Shown one piece after another: positions 36,231 to 50,550 of a DNA stretch of 64,000 nucleotides (the stretch's first letter is position 1; every line of letters begins with the position of its first letter). The stretch is from Tubulanus polymorphus. Its lineage: Eukaryota; Animalia; Nemertea. Under the pieces are notes generated by a model. It had not been told where the DNA came from. It worked only from the letters and a program-made list of their open reading frames with translations, and made no database searches. The stretch spans positions 21,365,101-21,429,100 of the forward strand of contig NC_134025.1 in the NCBI RefSeq assembly GCF_964204645.1, written 5' to 3'. Made by a program: the position numbers and the translations under genes.

Positions 36231-37080
36231 AATTTATCAAAAACAAAACGACACAGTTTCGGCTGTTGACTAACAGCTATCATCAAGTGGAATGAGAGCA
36301 TGGCTTGCTTAACTATCGTTATATTTTAACAGCGTTTTCCTCACCTGATTATTTGGTCAAACTTGTCCAAAATTTGTTTATTTTGTGAACCAAATCACTA
36401 ACGAACCATCGAATATGAAATATAGAATAAATGTGAACTCGAAAATGCATATGTCGGGATTGTGGACTAGTAATATTCTCAATGAAGAATCTCACTTCAG
36501 CATTATAGATTTATTCACGATACAAGGAATCCACTAAGAAGGGCTGTGATATTCTTGTGACGTCACTATTTGTCGCCGATTCTATTCTGGTCCCGTGTAT
36601 ATGCGGTTTAACATTACGCAACTGGCTTTGCATTCTGCATCTACATGTAAATATCGTCATATGGTCCAATGCCATTTTTTGAAAATGTTTTGTTCAAGTG
36701 TCCACGGTCAAGCACAAACAGTTAACAGAAGTCAACAGTCATAGTCGAGTAAGATTTGATGATCAATACATGGCGCATGTGAGAAATTATGACGTCCGTG
36801 GATTATCTTTATATCAGATATTGCGGATCGCATAAAAAATATATCAAAACTATGTGTTTGTCATTTTAATGTAGTTTTGATTACAATCCGATCCAGCTCA
36901 AGAATTCAAGAGGAACTAACATTTTTATTACACGACGTTTATTTTTCAATACAGTTGTCATAAACTGAATTTTGAATAGGTGAATATCTTGCATATTAGC
37001 AATACCCACTGCGTGCAATTTTTCATTACATTTCATTCACATGTGACAAGACGTAGATGTTTTACCGCCATGTTCGGTAC

Positions 37081-40000
37081 TTAAGAACCAACAGGAGAAC
37101 CTCCTTCTGGTTGATTGCTAATGTCTCCAGCTAAAGTGATAGAAATGTACATATTAATATTCTGATGCTTTACACCACTTCCCTCGCTATTCAGTTCAAT
37201 TCACAAGATCACCATACCTGGACACGTGTCACACATTATCGGACAATATTGCATGGGAACATTTAAATACTTAGCGCAGTAATCTTTACTCCATTTGCCG
37301 CCTCGTGTCGCACATATCCAATGATCTTTAGCTTTGGAGCAAACAACTGAAGTAACACGAAAAGTGAGTTATTTTCGATAAAAACCACTTGGTCTTTCGA
37401 AAACGTCCGGCGCATGCGCGCATCTTTACCATATCTTATTCTATCAACTGGATCAACTGGCCATATACAAAACATTTGACGCGGATAGGGCCAGGAGCTA
37501 AAATGTTTTTTTTCTTTCGATTGGGAAATGATTGTAATCTATTATATTTGCGCTTTACTTACGTCCACAATCTGATTTTCGGAACCATTTTTGCTTGTAA
37601 CACGTGCATTGACATGTATTCGGGTCCATATCAGCCCGATTGAGACAGATCTTATCTTTACAATCTGCATAGATGGAATTTTATCGAAGTATATTATATA
37701 CATTTTTGACGCCTTATAAAACGTTACCATTATGAAACCTAAACAATGTTAGCCATTCAGCGTCATTTTACAAACGACAACCGTAAATCGATGTGCAAAC
37801 TGCACAGGTCTATGCGTACACATACAAGCTATTTGGCAAAATATTATTGACAAAGATGTAGAATGGCTTCCTGTGATTATATAATGACCTCTATTTGAAC
37901 GTCGAAATGTTATATCGCATTGAATATCATGAGAAGACGTATTGTAATAGTAAAGGATGTATGATTATATCAGGAGCGGCAGCCGTATATAGAAATGATA
38001 AGTAAATCGGATTAATCGGTTAAATGGCGGATGTATACACGATTTGGAAGTCTGATATAAAATTCAGACCCTGACATGGGGATGCTGGTGGAATGACGAA
38101 GCTATCTACGATCTGTGTAGGGCCCGCGTGAATTACAAGCGGTCTATATAAAAACGTGTAAACACATAATTTCAATATTCAAATGTTTTAGAAAATATGT
38201 TCGATACTAGGGGCATGCAGGTTTCATGAGATTAGCAATTTATAATAGCATAGCTGTCATATACGGCTCCGCGTCCACTGATGGCATGTGTATTAGGTGA
38301 CAATTCAATTCAATCTATTATTGATCCTTATTACATTGAAATTCCGGCATGAAATTCCCAAATTCAATAAAGGTACAAATTTTTAAATAAGAAAATACAA
38401 AATACAAGACACACGGCAATTCATACAGAATAACGCGAATAAGTTATTTAAATGACAATGTCTACTTCAACCCAGACTCAAGTCTAGGATATCGAGTGAC
38501 AGCCAAACCGGGCCCCGTGGACCGGGCCGGCTGGCTACACGATGTGCTCAAAGTCATGATGAAGCAGACATCAGAAGAGCTCCCTCATCAACCATGGAGG
38601 CAATGAAGTTGCAGACCAGCTTAGAGGCAAAAGTGAATCGAAGTCAGTCGCAAGTTGAAATTTTTTTTTTAATTAGGTCAGTCGAAGACCTCTGTCATCT
38701 ACCCAATCGCCAAATCTCATAATTCCCCAAATTTCTTAAAACTTCGATTTCAAATTTGCAATTCCGCTTTAGCTTATCCCAGAAATTCTACATTTTTTTT
38801 CGCAGGCGTCAAATAAATTATTAAAATTAATTTTCTTGTTATTATTAAGATAGCGACAATTCAACCACTATTGAACTAAGCAAACCCTGGACTAGTTCTT
38901 ACCACATAAACCATTTGCGTCTTTAGTATCGGGACATTTTGAGCCTTGTGCACCTTTTTCGTATGGCTTCGTCGAGCCTTTCATATTACCACTAAAATGA
39001 ATATACATATGCAGGATTGAAGCATCAATTAATCACGAAAATAAACCTTGCTTTGATTATACATAGCAAGAAGTCATATTAAAGTCTGGTCACCGTAGAT
39101 CACTTACGCTGGTCCATAGTTGCATACGTAAAAACGACCAATTGGACAGTCTGCGTAACCGCAACCAACTCTTGTAGTTGTCGCCCAAACTAACTATACA
39201 GTATGATTATGATATTCGAAGTCCGTTCATTTCAATTATGAATTATTGCCAATTTCGACCGTTACATTTCGAGTTTTAACTTTGCGTAAACATTATATAC
39301 GTATACCTGTGTGTAATGACCGACAACGCCCCCTGTTGAACCAACGCCGTACTTGAAATCTTTTTCTTCATTAAACCAGCTGTCAATGGCTCCAGTCCAG
39401 TCACCTTGTCCCAAACCCAAATCCTGCCCAAGTGTCAATCGTCCTAGGATATTGACGGACAAAAGATATTGACACACTAACACTTGGCACAAGATATATA
39501 CACCGAACATACAACTGCGTTAGATATTTATTTTTTCACTTTTTTTTACTTTCCAACTCTTATTATATTATCCAAATATCTATTACAATTAAAGAAACTG
39601 TACCTGGAATATTTCTGTTATAGTTAGAATCGTGTGCAAATTTACACGAGTCGGCAAGTTTTTGGGCGATCATCGCAGCTTCCTTGTCCCAGTACTACAT
39701 CAGAATTTGGAATAATTGTATACATTGATGTTTCGTTCAATTTATCCGCACGCGTGCAAATAAAACGTACCAATTTCATCATGTTCGCGGCAGGTGGTTG
39801 GCCATATTTCGTCAGATGGCCTCGTAGGTAGTTGTGTCGGGACAGTATGACTTGTTGATCGTGTGCGGAAACGCCTGATGAACAAAAGAGAACTTAGAAA
39901 AAAAATTCGGATACAACGAAAAGTCAAACGCAACAAGCTTCTGATGAATTACTACTTACCCCGTCTTGATAATCCAAATGGATTGTCGGGTTTACATGCC

Positions 40001-40088
40001 GTATGTTCTGCACTCACAGACAAAAACTTTGTAGCGCATGTCACCTGCATATTGAATGAATTGAAAAACCATCGTGCAACCAGTACAT

Positions 40089-40122
<34 letters not shown>

Positions 40123-40165
40123 GATAATGATAATGATAATGATAATGATAATGATAATGATAATG

Positions 40166-40197
<32 letters not shown>

Positions 40198-41685
40198 CAT
40201 AATCATAATCATAATCATAATCATAATCATAATCATAATCAATATCATTATCGTTATCGTTATCATTATCATACTCATAATCATAATCATAATCATAATC
40301 ATAATAATCATAGATTATTATTACATTCCATAACAATACGTCAATAACACGATTTAAACGCTATTACCAATGCCAATAAGGTATGGTGGCTGATACAAGG
40401 TAAGTGTTACGTACCCCATATGTGTGCCTTTAAATCTTGTATTTCCAATTGTTGTCCTGGGTCCAGTTTCACAAAAAGGTTTAACTCTTAAACTTTATCT
40501 TAAATCGATTTAGGCCTTAATCATTTTTGTGAAACTGGGCCCTGGGCCAGGTTCCATAGTTGTGAGTTAAGATTAGTTCATTTCAATGAGTTAACTCTGA
40601 GTAAAATATTAACACAGAACTGTGGAACTGGGTCCAGATGTCATTGGTGGATACCATTGCACAGATTTCATGCTACTGTTGTGTAGTTTAGTATAGATAC
40701 AATGCCACCGGTGACATTAGGCGGTATTGGCTTGTTGTCAGTATGGCGAATAAAGCGAATCTATTTCATCGTCGGTCATATCTGGAAATGTCTCTTCTCT
40801 ATCGGATATTTGTGACCGTAACACTAAGAAATTCCGAACTGACCTTAACTGGTGTATAAACAAAATTGTTTACAAATGCAAAATCATATTCCCCGCTAAA
40901 CTGACAGTACAAATTCTTCAATATATAGACGAAAACTGACGAGGTAAAACTTAAGCAATAATTCGCGAAAGAAGAGTAAGATATAAGATCCACAATCGGA
41001 GCCGAAAAACTGATAAAATTGCGCAATTTAGAATTCGAATTTTCTGTTTTATACCGGATTTATTTTGTTTTAGTTTTTTCCCGTCCAACAGTGTTACACG
41101 GCGTCATATAGTTGAGTCGGCTTCAGTAAATTCACACTTCAATTCCTGTGTCAATGGTAAGCTTGGTTTCTCTCCCCATGATACACTTTTGTCCCAGTCG
41201 TTCTTCTGCTATATAAACTACGAAATGCTCTATTTCATTCCTGGCGATGGTTTTTAGTATAAAACCGAAGATTCTAATTTTAATACATTTCTAACATAAC
41301 TGAATTGTATTTCAAACAATTCCGATGCTCGAAACCAGACGTCCTCAAGCGAAATAAAATGACCACCGAATGTAGCAAAATCAAGACAAAATCATTTGAA
41401 TCATATCAATAAAACGTTAAAACGTTTTCACCGGTTCCTGAAAAGATAATGCTAACTTACGCTGCGTTTGACCCTTAGATCTGTGGTGAAAGCTGAAATC
41501 AAATATTTGATAAATCGATCAAATGAAGTTTATCGAAGCCGAAAACTATTGGGAAATCTTCAACTGATGAAGTAAGATTTTTAGATTCAAAAAGAAAGAG
41601 AAAATAGAATAGAAAAGTAAGACGGTAACTTACCGCAGGTTGCCAAAAGTAACAAGTGACACAACGAAATTACAGCAGTCCCCAT
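37081..41685 (-). CDS. CAP/CRISP-like protein C, short form (CAP, hinge, one ShKT; 11 exons)
   Basis: Exon 1 41685-41634 MGTAVISLCHLLLLATC; exon 2 ~41461-41492 (DLRVKRS); CAP exons ~38900-40045; hinge ~37563-37663; ShKT ~37218-37346; terminal AGDISNQPEGGSPVGS* (TAA 37081-37083). Confidence 0.8.
40089..40312. repeat. Compound hexanucleotide microsatellite (ATAATG)n(ATAATC)n in intron 2 of gene C
   Basis: Read directly from the sequence. Confidence 0.95.
40457..40637. mobile_element. Two adjacent ~90-bp foldback MITEs
   Basis: GGTCCAGTTTCACAAAA / TTTTGTGAAACTGGGCC, followed by GGCCAGGTTCCATAG / CTGTGGAACTGGGTCC. Confidence 0.6.
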
Positions 41686-42396
41686 CGTGTTCCAGGTTCG
41701 CTGATATGACAATAACTCTCGAAATGCATCTTATATAGCCTCGTCAAATCCGGAATTAATAAAAGCTTGTAATAATAACCGAAATGTATATCTGCGGCGG
41801 CCAATAAACGGCGTCTATTCCCGAAAGCACATATTTAGATGCAAAACGTAATAGAACTCAATTCAGACTCGCGCAAGTAAGTTATGCAAGCTGAAACTCT
41901 TTGTTTATTTCGAATTGTCCAACCAATAAAGAAAAAATGAATACGTCTATTTTGATGAGGAAATTTGGCGTAAATTTCAAAATTTCATGTATGTAGGATT
42001 AATATTATAGTTTAATTGATGTTATTCGTAAAAATTCGTTCATGATTATGTCAATGTAGCGAACAGGTTTATCAAGTTTCTTATGTAAAATTATGTTTGA
42101 GCCGGCTTGTTTCTATTTTTTCCTTGGAGGTTTTGAATTTGATTCGTGTCCGGGCAAAATTAGTTCTTTCTAGATATTTGTATTCAAATAAGAAGATACT
42201 GGGTGAGTTTTTAAACGGACAGTTTGTCAGCAGTGTTAGAACGACTAAAAAGATTTGTTTTATTGCCGTAGATGCGAAGACGTCCTGGAGCACTATGATA
42301 ATGTTGATTATTTCTTAAGATGATTTTGATAAATTTCTTTATATCTTCTGGATTTTACTCCGACTAAGTGACTCAGTGAAAAATGATTTTTGATTA

Positions 42397-42774
42397 GGCC
42401 AAAAAATATATTCTGTTTCTGGTCAGGCCCTTCTGCACAAAATGATGCGGTGATGCGGTTCTTTTTTTTAAATGTTCCTACATTTGACTATCGAGTGTGA
42501 TAGATAAGTCGACAGGAACAAGTCCGAACGGATGTATAGTCGCCGGCCCTTTCAAAATTGACATCGATATCAATGTGCTTTTGGTTTTCATTCACAATCA
42601 GACAATAGCAATGAATAGATAGATAGATGGTCTAAACTTTCGCGTTTTACTTCCGCGTTTGACGCCATCGGCGACTAGTTGGCGCTGCCGATTTTTGTTT
42701 CAGAAAAAAAAATTTGACGCGGGGGTTCTAGATCGACGCGCTGACCAGAAACAGAATACATTTTTTGTTTTGCC
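42397..42774. mobile_element. PIF/Harbinger-like MITE
   Basis: TTA|GGCCAAAAAATATATTCTGTTTCTGGTCAG ... CTGACCAGAAACAGAATACATTTTTTGTTTTGCC|TTA. Confidence 0.75.
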
Positions 42775-45164
42775 TTAATTCCCATAAGCTCCTCTGCGAC
42801 CGAAAGCCCGATATCGTCCGTCTATCAGCTATCTATAGTGGCTGATTCGGGCCATAGCGTAAAATTCCTGGTATGCAAATGAGGGCGCCAGAACGCCAAA
42901 ACGAAAAAAACGTCACATTTTCTTTAAAAATCCATTTGGCGCGCCAAAACAAGGAAAATTCCATTTTGGCGCCCCCGCCAAAACGAACGTGAATCCTTCT
43001 TATGAATCCGTCATATAATTCTTTCTTCCTGCGCATTATTTTCAAAACTTTGGTTTGTTGCCAGCTTTTTCTTTACCTTTCTATCAAAAAACCTTTTATG
43101 AGTCGCTCCTGCAATAATACTTTTCCTTCGCGTAATCACCATTTTCCAAAGGAATGAAATTTCTGTGCAAGTTTCTATCTTTTGAATCGGCGAATGACGT
43201 GGCATAAACTTTTTAACCACACCCCAATACATATCGACATTGTGGAAAAATTGCTGTACGCGCTGGGTGTTACAGAGAGGCTTTTACAATATATATATAT
43301 AGCTCGCAACCGGCTTTTCATGCAATAGTTATAATCGGATGGCGATAGGCGTACGAGATGTGCCATCTTGCGACCGACGTATTTTGCAGGTATTTACTGC
43401 ATGCTGGCGGTGGGAATAGGGTGATAAAAAGATCAACTGTCACGACCATTAATCTAGCTTGATAAATATAGGCCTGGCGTATAAATACGGTGTGTATGAC
43501 TTGACACTCCTTCGTACTGCCACCGCGAGGTGTAGTTAGAAGAGATCTTTCCAAATGATAACTTTGTTGTATAATCACCCTTTAAGGAAACAATCAGTCA
43601 TTTGTCTTTAAAGTCAGCATGATAACGCTCTCAGTCTATACATGACAAACGCGGGCGTGAACTCTCTCGCAGCCTATATTAAATCTCTGCACATTAGCAT
43701 CAACTGCCGGACCCAAAATTTTTGCGCTGCTTATATACACACTAAACTTATGATCCCCCTGAAAATGCATCCCGCCGCAACCCTTATCCTAAACCATACC
43801 CTTACCCCTCCCTAAACCTTCTAAACCCAAACGCTTTGAACACTTACACTCTAAGCCCGAAGCCCTAATTTCTAAGATTGAAAAAGCCGCCATTTTATGT
43901 ACCGGTTAACAAACGTCACATTGATAATATCAATTTATAAGCAGCTTATCACTTGGGTTTGACAGAAAATTCTCACTTTTTAAGCGAATGTAAACCTAAT
44001 CTTTATAAATTCCAAATCCGACGCATTGTTCAAGTTTGATGTATATCTGTTTTTCAACTGAAAACACCCGTTACATGTAACGTTTTTGTAACGGGTGTTT
44101 CAAAGATAATTTCAGTTTTACAAGTTAGTTGTTGTCACAAAACAATATGTACTTTGTAAACTTCCAATTCAAGCATAACAAAATGTGAAGCCGCATTTTT
44201 TTTTAAATTCAAATCCGACGCGTGTTTAAGTTTGATAAAATATAGATCTGTTTCAACTGAAATCACCGGTTACATGTAACAGTCGTTTTGAAAATAAATA
44301 TTGTTTTACAAAATTCAGCGTATATGTGCAATATCTATTCCATTTTACAAAAATGACCCTGATTAACAATTCTGCAATGTATTTTTGCCGGATTTGCTGA
44401 TTCCCTTTGTAATTTGAAAAAATAGAAACTTTCTCGTAATCTTAAACCAATCATTGTGAATTTTACTGGTTTTGCGCACTCGGCATCCATTTTTATATCG
44501 TCGTATGGTACAATGTCATTTTCGAAAAACACTTTTTATATTTCAGTAACGACAAAAGAATCCAAGATTTACATTTCTTTTTGTTTTAGAATCCACACGG
44601 TTAAACGCAAGCAGTTAAAGGAAGTAAAAAGTAATAGTCGAGTAAGATTTGACGATCAATATGGCGTATCTGACCTATCCGTGTGACGTCCATACAATAG
44701 CTCGATATCATCTGATCGAGATATTGCAGGTTGTATCAAAAATATATCAAATCCGTGTTTGTTGTCTTAATAATAATGATAGAATTCATACGACGCGATA
44801 ATTCCATGAAAAAAAAAATTCAAATGCGCTCCTCCAGGGTAACATCAAGGTATGTATGGAATAGTTCAGTTTTGATCATCGATTTGAATTCACTCAGCGT
44901 CAAATTGAGAACGATGGAAATAGAGATTATGGAATTCCAGGTTCGCGTTGCTTGTCTCGAAAAAGCTCTTCTACCAAATTTTGCGAGATTGAAGGAGGGT
45001 GTGAATTTTTCTGTATCTTCATATATTTGTGACCATAATCCTGCTAAAGAATTTAAGAAGAACTAAAACTTTTATGACATAACGTCTATTTTGCAATACA
45101 GTTTCCATTGAAGTTTTTAGGTATTATTGTTATCTTGCATATTCGCACTGAAAGCTACATACAG

Positions 45165-48100
45165 CTAAATACAATTTTCATTATTGCATGCCATGGAGCA
45201 AGACGCAGATAACATACTGCCACTCTTGGTACAAGAACATTGACCGTAGCCCGCAACATTCTCCTTAGTCTCCCCGACAGCGACAAACGAACCTTGAACC
45301 ACGCATCCTAACAAAACAAAAAATGCAAACATTTCATCGTTTAAGACGATGAGTTATAGCCCCGCCAACCGGTCAAAGGTGTGTTTCTATGAAATCAGAA
45401 TATTGTAACTTTCTATTATGATGAGACGAGAAGATACAGAATATCCGTGTAAGATGATAACGAAAGAAATTCCACAATATTTTCAGCCAAAACGAGTACG
45501 CCTGTACATCATCAGTACGCCTGATGATGGCTAATAGTCTTTAGCCGAAACGTTGCGCAAATATATATACTCTTCTATTCACGTAACTCGTATTGGCTGA
45601 ATTTATTGTGGGAGTTCTTTCGTTTCTATTATGATTTATCTTATTTTTATAATTACCATTAGCTATCAGTGTACAACGATATGAAAAAAAATCAATATTA
45701 CCAGTTGTTAGTTTGTAGCCGGACTTGGTACACTTCACTTGAGCTGTCGGTATCGTAAATATATCTCCTATATTCCTGACAGTATTGGATCCGTCCAAAC
45801 AGGATGGCGCTGTAAAGTATTTACATGATAATGAAATCATTTCTTCAAAATAAAATTTTGAATATGGCTAGGTAGATAGATAGATGGTGAAAAAACATAA
45901 ACAAAGCATACAGCGGTGAAAAAAGGAGTTTCTGCAAATTGGCATTAAGTTCTCATTTATGCCCTTATAAACATGGGAATAACAATTGATTCTGCGTTGC
46001 GTTTGCAGAAACTAAATTCCAAACTTTGTTCAATGAGCAAAATTTCAGGCTTATTCCACCAGGTCGACTTACCTGTACAGGTTCCACACATCACGGGACA
46101 TTCTGCATTTACCGTGGAATACGAACAGAACGATTTCGGCCAGAAGGTCGCTGTTGGAAGACCACACTTAATAGGATCCGGATTCGGACAAACGCCTTTA
46201 AGATATACGAAATTAAGTGACATCTAATTATCCAGATCCAGAAGCTAGATGAGAAAGCCAGGAAGGGTTTGGTGCTTAACTTGGTCTAGGCTGGATAGGG
46301 TCCGGTGTGGTTTAGCGATACTCTTTATGAGCTAGATGCAGTCAGGATTACTTAAATATATAAACAATGACCGGACAAATATCCACAAGCTACGAACTTT
46401 TGAACCCTGATTACCTTTTGATTGTGTTGCAGTAGATGTATCAACCGATGTACCACCAGTAGACCCACCAGTAGAACCACCAGTAAAACCATCATTAAAA
46501 CCACCAGTAGAACCACCAGTAGAACCATCAGCAGGAACGGAGCCAGATGGGATGTTTGTTCCTCCTTCTGGTTGATTGCTAACGTCACCAGCTAAGTGAT
46601 ACAAATAGACATATTGATATTCTGATATTTTACACCGCTTCCCTCGCCATTTGGTTGAATTGTTAAGATCACCATACCTGGGCATGTATTACACATAATC
46701 GGACAATATTGCATGGGAACATTTGAATACCTGGCGCAGTAATCTTCTCCCCAATCACCACCTTGCGTCGCACATATCCACTGATCTTTAGCTTCGGAGC
46801 AAACAACTGAAGATACACGAAATTCCGGTGATTCATTTTTGAGGAAGACCGCCAGATCATATAATTTAAAACATCTTTAAGCGCGGCGCTTGCGCATCTT
46901 TTCCATATTCTTTTGGATTAACTGGCCAGATAAAAACATTCGACACGGATACGGTAAATCAGAAATTTCTGGGACCTACAATGTTTGTTTCAATTAGCAA
47001 CTTATAAACATATGGAATTTGTTTCACTTACGTCCACAATCTGGTTTGCGGAACCATTTTTGCTTGTAACACGTACATTGACATGTATTCGGGTCCATTT
47101 TAGCCCCATTGAGACAGATCTTGTCTCCACAATCTACGTAAATGAAAATTAATCGGATTATATCGCATTTATGATCATTGAGACAGCGAGGGTTCAATCA
47201 CGATTGAATCGAACCAACCCTGGACCCAATCTTACCACATAAACCATTTCCATCTTTAGTATGGGGACATTTTGAGCCTTGTGTACCTTCTTCGTATGGC
47301 TTCCTAGAGTCTCCCGAATTACCACTATAATCAATATACATGTGCATATTGAAGCATCAAATCACGATAATAAACTTGATTTTCTTTAATTATACATAAC
47401 AAAAGTGTTAATATCAACATTGATCACAGTAGATCACTTACGCAGGTCCATAGTTGCATACGTAAAAACGACCAATTGTACAGTCTGCGTAACCGCAACC
47501 AACTCTTGTAGAAGTCGCCCAAACTAACTATACAGTATAATTACGATATTAAAAATCTATTCATTTCAATGATGAATTATTGCCAATTTTGCCCGTAACA
47601 TTTCGAGTTAATAAACTTTGCGTACGCATTATATAGGTATACCTGTGTGTAATGACCGACAACGCCCCCTGTTGAACCAACGCCGTACTTGAAATCTTTT
47701 TCTTCATTAAACCAGCCGTCAATGGCGCTTGTCCAGTCACGATGTCCCAAAGCTAAATTCTGTCCAAGTGTCAATCGTCCTAAAATATTGACGGACAAAA
47801 CTGTTGACACACAAACACTTGGCACAAGATAAACACCGGACACACTATCTGCGTTAGTCAGGAAAACTCCCAAAAGGTTCATCCAAATCTAAATAATTAT
47901 CTTGTCACTTTTCTTTGTTCCTCCAACTCTTATATGTCTTTCTAATATTTATCATGATCAAAGAAACTGTACCTGAAATATGTCGATGGTTGCCAGTATC
48001 GTGTGCAAATTTACACGAGTCGGCAAGTTTCTGGGCGATCATCGCAACTTCTTTGTCCCAGTACTACATCAAAAATTTGAAAATATCGAAAAGTTTGAAA

Positions 48101-49303
48101 GAATTGAATATTGAGTTTTCTTCAGTGATTAGCCCGCACGCATGCAAATGAAACGTACCAATTTCATCATGTTCGCGGCAGCTGGTTGGTCATATTCCGT
48201 CAGATGGCCTCGTAGGTAGTTGTGTCGGGACAATATGACTTGTTTATCGTTTGCAGAAACGCCTGGTGAATACGAGAATAACTCAAAATTCGAATATAAC
48301 GAAAAGTAGAATTCAATGACCTGCTGATAGATTACTACTCACCCCGTTTTGACAAGCCAAATGGGTTAGTGGGTTTACATGCCGTATGTTCTGCACTTAC
48401 AGATGAAAACTTTGTTGCGCATGTCGCCTGCATATTGAATTAATGGAAAACCATCATGCAACTAGTGAATTTTAACAATATGTACAAACAAAATTTGAAT
48501 GCTATTAGCAATGCCAATAACGCATGAAGATCGATACGGAACTAACTGAGAAATTCTAAGCTGACTTAAACTGGTGGATTAACAAAAATTTTAGAGATGC
48601 AAAAACATTTTTTCCGCGTACTGGCCGCTCAAATTCGTCGATACATAAATGAAAACTGTCTTTCTTCAAACGATTTGTGGTTGTTTTTATTTTGACAATT
48701 ATTCGGATGAATAGTAAAATGAATTTGGCAAAATCGTGATGATGAACATGCGTGCTGCTCTTTTTGTTTAACGATTGTACAGGGAATTTATTTCTGACTC
48801 TTATATGTTTATGGTGACGGGAAAAATGATTGGTCTTTTTGGTGTCTTTGAATTGTATTGTAAACAATTCCAAAGATCTAAATCAGACCTCAAGCAGAAT
48901 AAAATGACCACCGAATGTAGCAGTATCAAAATGAATGCATTTGGATCATATTTCATTTGATTACTGATGACAAGTTTTTATACCGATTCGTGAGATAATT
49001 ATGCGGTAACAAATACGCAACACGGTTGAGATGCAATGAAATGATATGAAAATGCTCTAGAAATTTGTAGATTTTGGAATTGTACAAAAAAACTTACGCT
49101 GCGTTTGAACCTTATATTCGCGGTTAAAACTGAAATTGAAGATTATCATCGGCTCAAATGAACTTTATCGAAGCCGAAAAGCATCATGAAATCTGTTGAA
49201 ATAGGTTTTTTAGATGCCAGAAAAGAAATAGAAAATATCAAGAAAACTTACCGCATGTTGCTAATAGTAACAAGAGCCACGAAGAAATTACAGCAGTCCT
49301 CAT
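45165..49303 (-). CDS. CAP/CRISP-like secreted protein D (14 exons, full length)
   Basis: Exon 1 49303-49252 MRTAVISSWLLLLLATC; RVKRS exon ~49098-49129; CAP exons ~47240-48430; ShKT exons ~46680-46805 and ~46073-46195; GGST linker ~46415-46592; terminal ..SASCSMACNNENCI* at 45165. Confidence 0.86.
45518..45557 (+). ncRNA. Minimal type I hammerhead ribozyme motif (Penelope-like element type)
   Basis: CGC-CUGAUGA-U-GGCUAA(uagucu)UUAGCC-GAAA-CGUU^GCG: intact core, 6-bp stem II, palindromic ACGU stem III, 3-bp stem I. Confidence 0.7.
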
Positions 49304-50550
49304 CGTGCTCCAGGTTCGCCGATATTACAATAACTCTCAAATCTTCGCATCTTATATAGCCCGTCAGATCCGGAAATAATCAAAGCTTGTTCTAATAACC
49401 GAAGTTTATATTTGCAAAGTCCAATTTGCGGCGGCTATATTTCCCAAAGCACATATTTGGATGCAAAACGTAATAGAGCTGTTTAATTTCATTTTAATGG
49501 AAATGACGTTTAATGATATTCCGAGACACAACGACGTGATATCCGACTCTAAAGAAAAACGAATAAGTTGATTTTGATGGGGAAATTTGTCGAGGTGTCA
49601 CGTATGTTAGATTGATGTTAGAGTCTAACTATTATTGTAAAAAAATCCCACTTCCCCCATTTCGTGCGAGTAGTCCTATATAATTAATCTACATAATGTG
49701 GCACACGGGTTTATCAATCAAGTTTCAGAGTAAAATTACATTTCAACCGGATATTTACTATTTCTTTTGGAGAGTGCCGGGGCTCAGGCAATACCATATC
49801 ATCTACTTTATGATAGAGGAACCAGTGGAAAAATTTAAAAGTAAATTTCTTCAAATCATACTCGTTTAAATTTGATTGGTGTACTGATAACATTAATTCC
49901 TTCTTGATATATACCACCATCACACCTATTTCAAGCCATGTGCCGAGGGAGGTAACGCGAGGGGGCTACTGACCTTCGCCAGGAATGCATCTCAAATGAA
50001 ATCCACACACCTACCAACCAGTAGAGGGTCGGAACATAGGCCACCAGCGTGCTTGTAGGAGATGAGGGAAATTGTATATGCGTGCGTTCAAAATTTTCGA
50101 CGTCACTCATGAAAAACCATTCTCTCCAAGCATAGGGCTGGCTACGGGCGCCAGTGTCGCTTTCCAGAACTTATCGTCGCCGCACTTTTTATATCGATTC
50201 CGGAAATTTTGATACCTCAAAATACGTACGTAATTGACCGAAATTTATACTGTAGTTGCGAAGATTGTTGGCAACCATATAATGAACAATACGGCGGTGT
50301 TTCAACGGGCGTATTAATGTAAAACCGCTTTATTCGCTGCCTAGATCCATCCACCCGATAGGAGACATTCAATACTTATCGAATTATCGAAATATGTTTG
50401 TCAGGAATATACTTCGATAGAGCTCCCATGTTGCCAAATTCGTTATAACGCCATGTTTTCCAATGGTCCCAACATTGGCATTATAACGGGCTTTGACTGT
50501 ATATACAATAGTAAATACAGCCCCAATCGAAAAAGACGTGGGTCCAATAC

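Noticed and set aside
39863-40336. IMIMIM, poly-Ile and YDYHYH ORFs
   Set aside because: Translation of an intronic hexanucleotide microsatellite.
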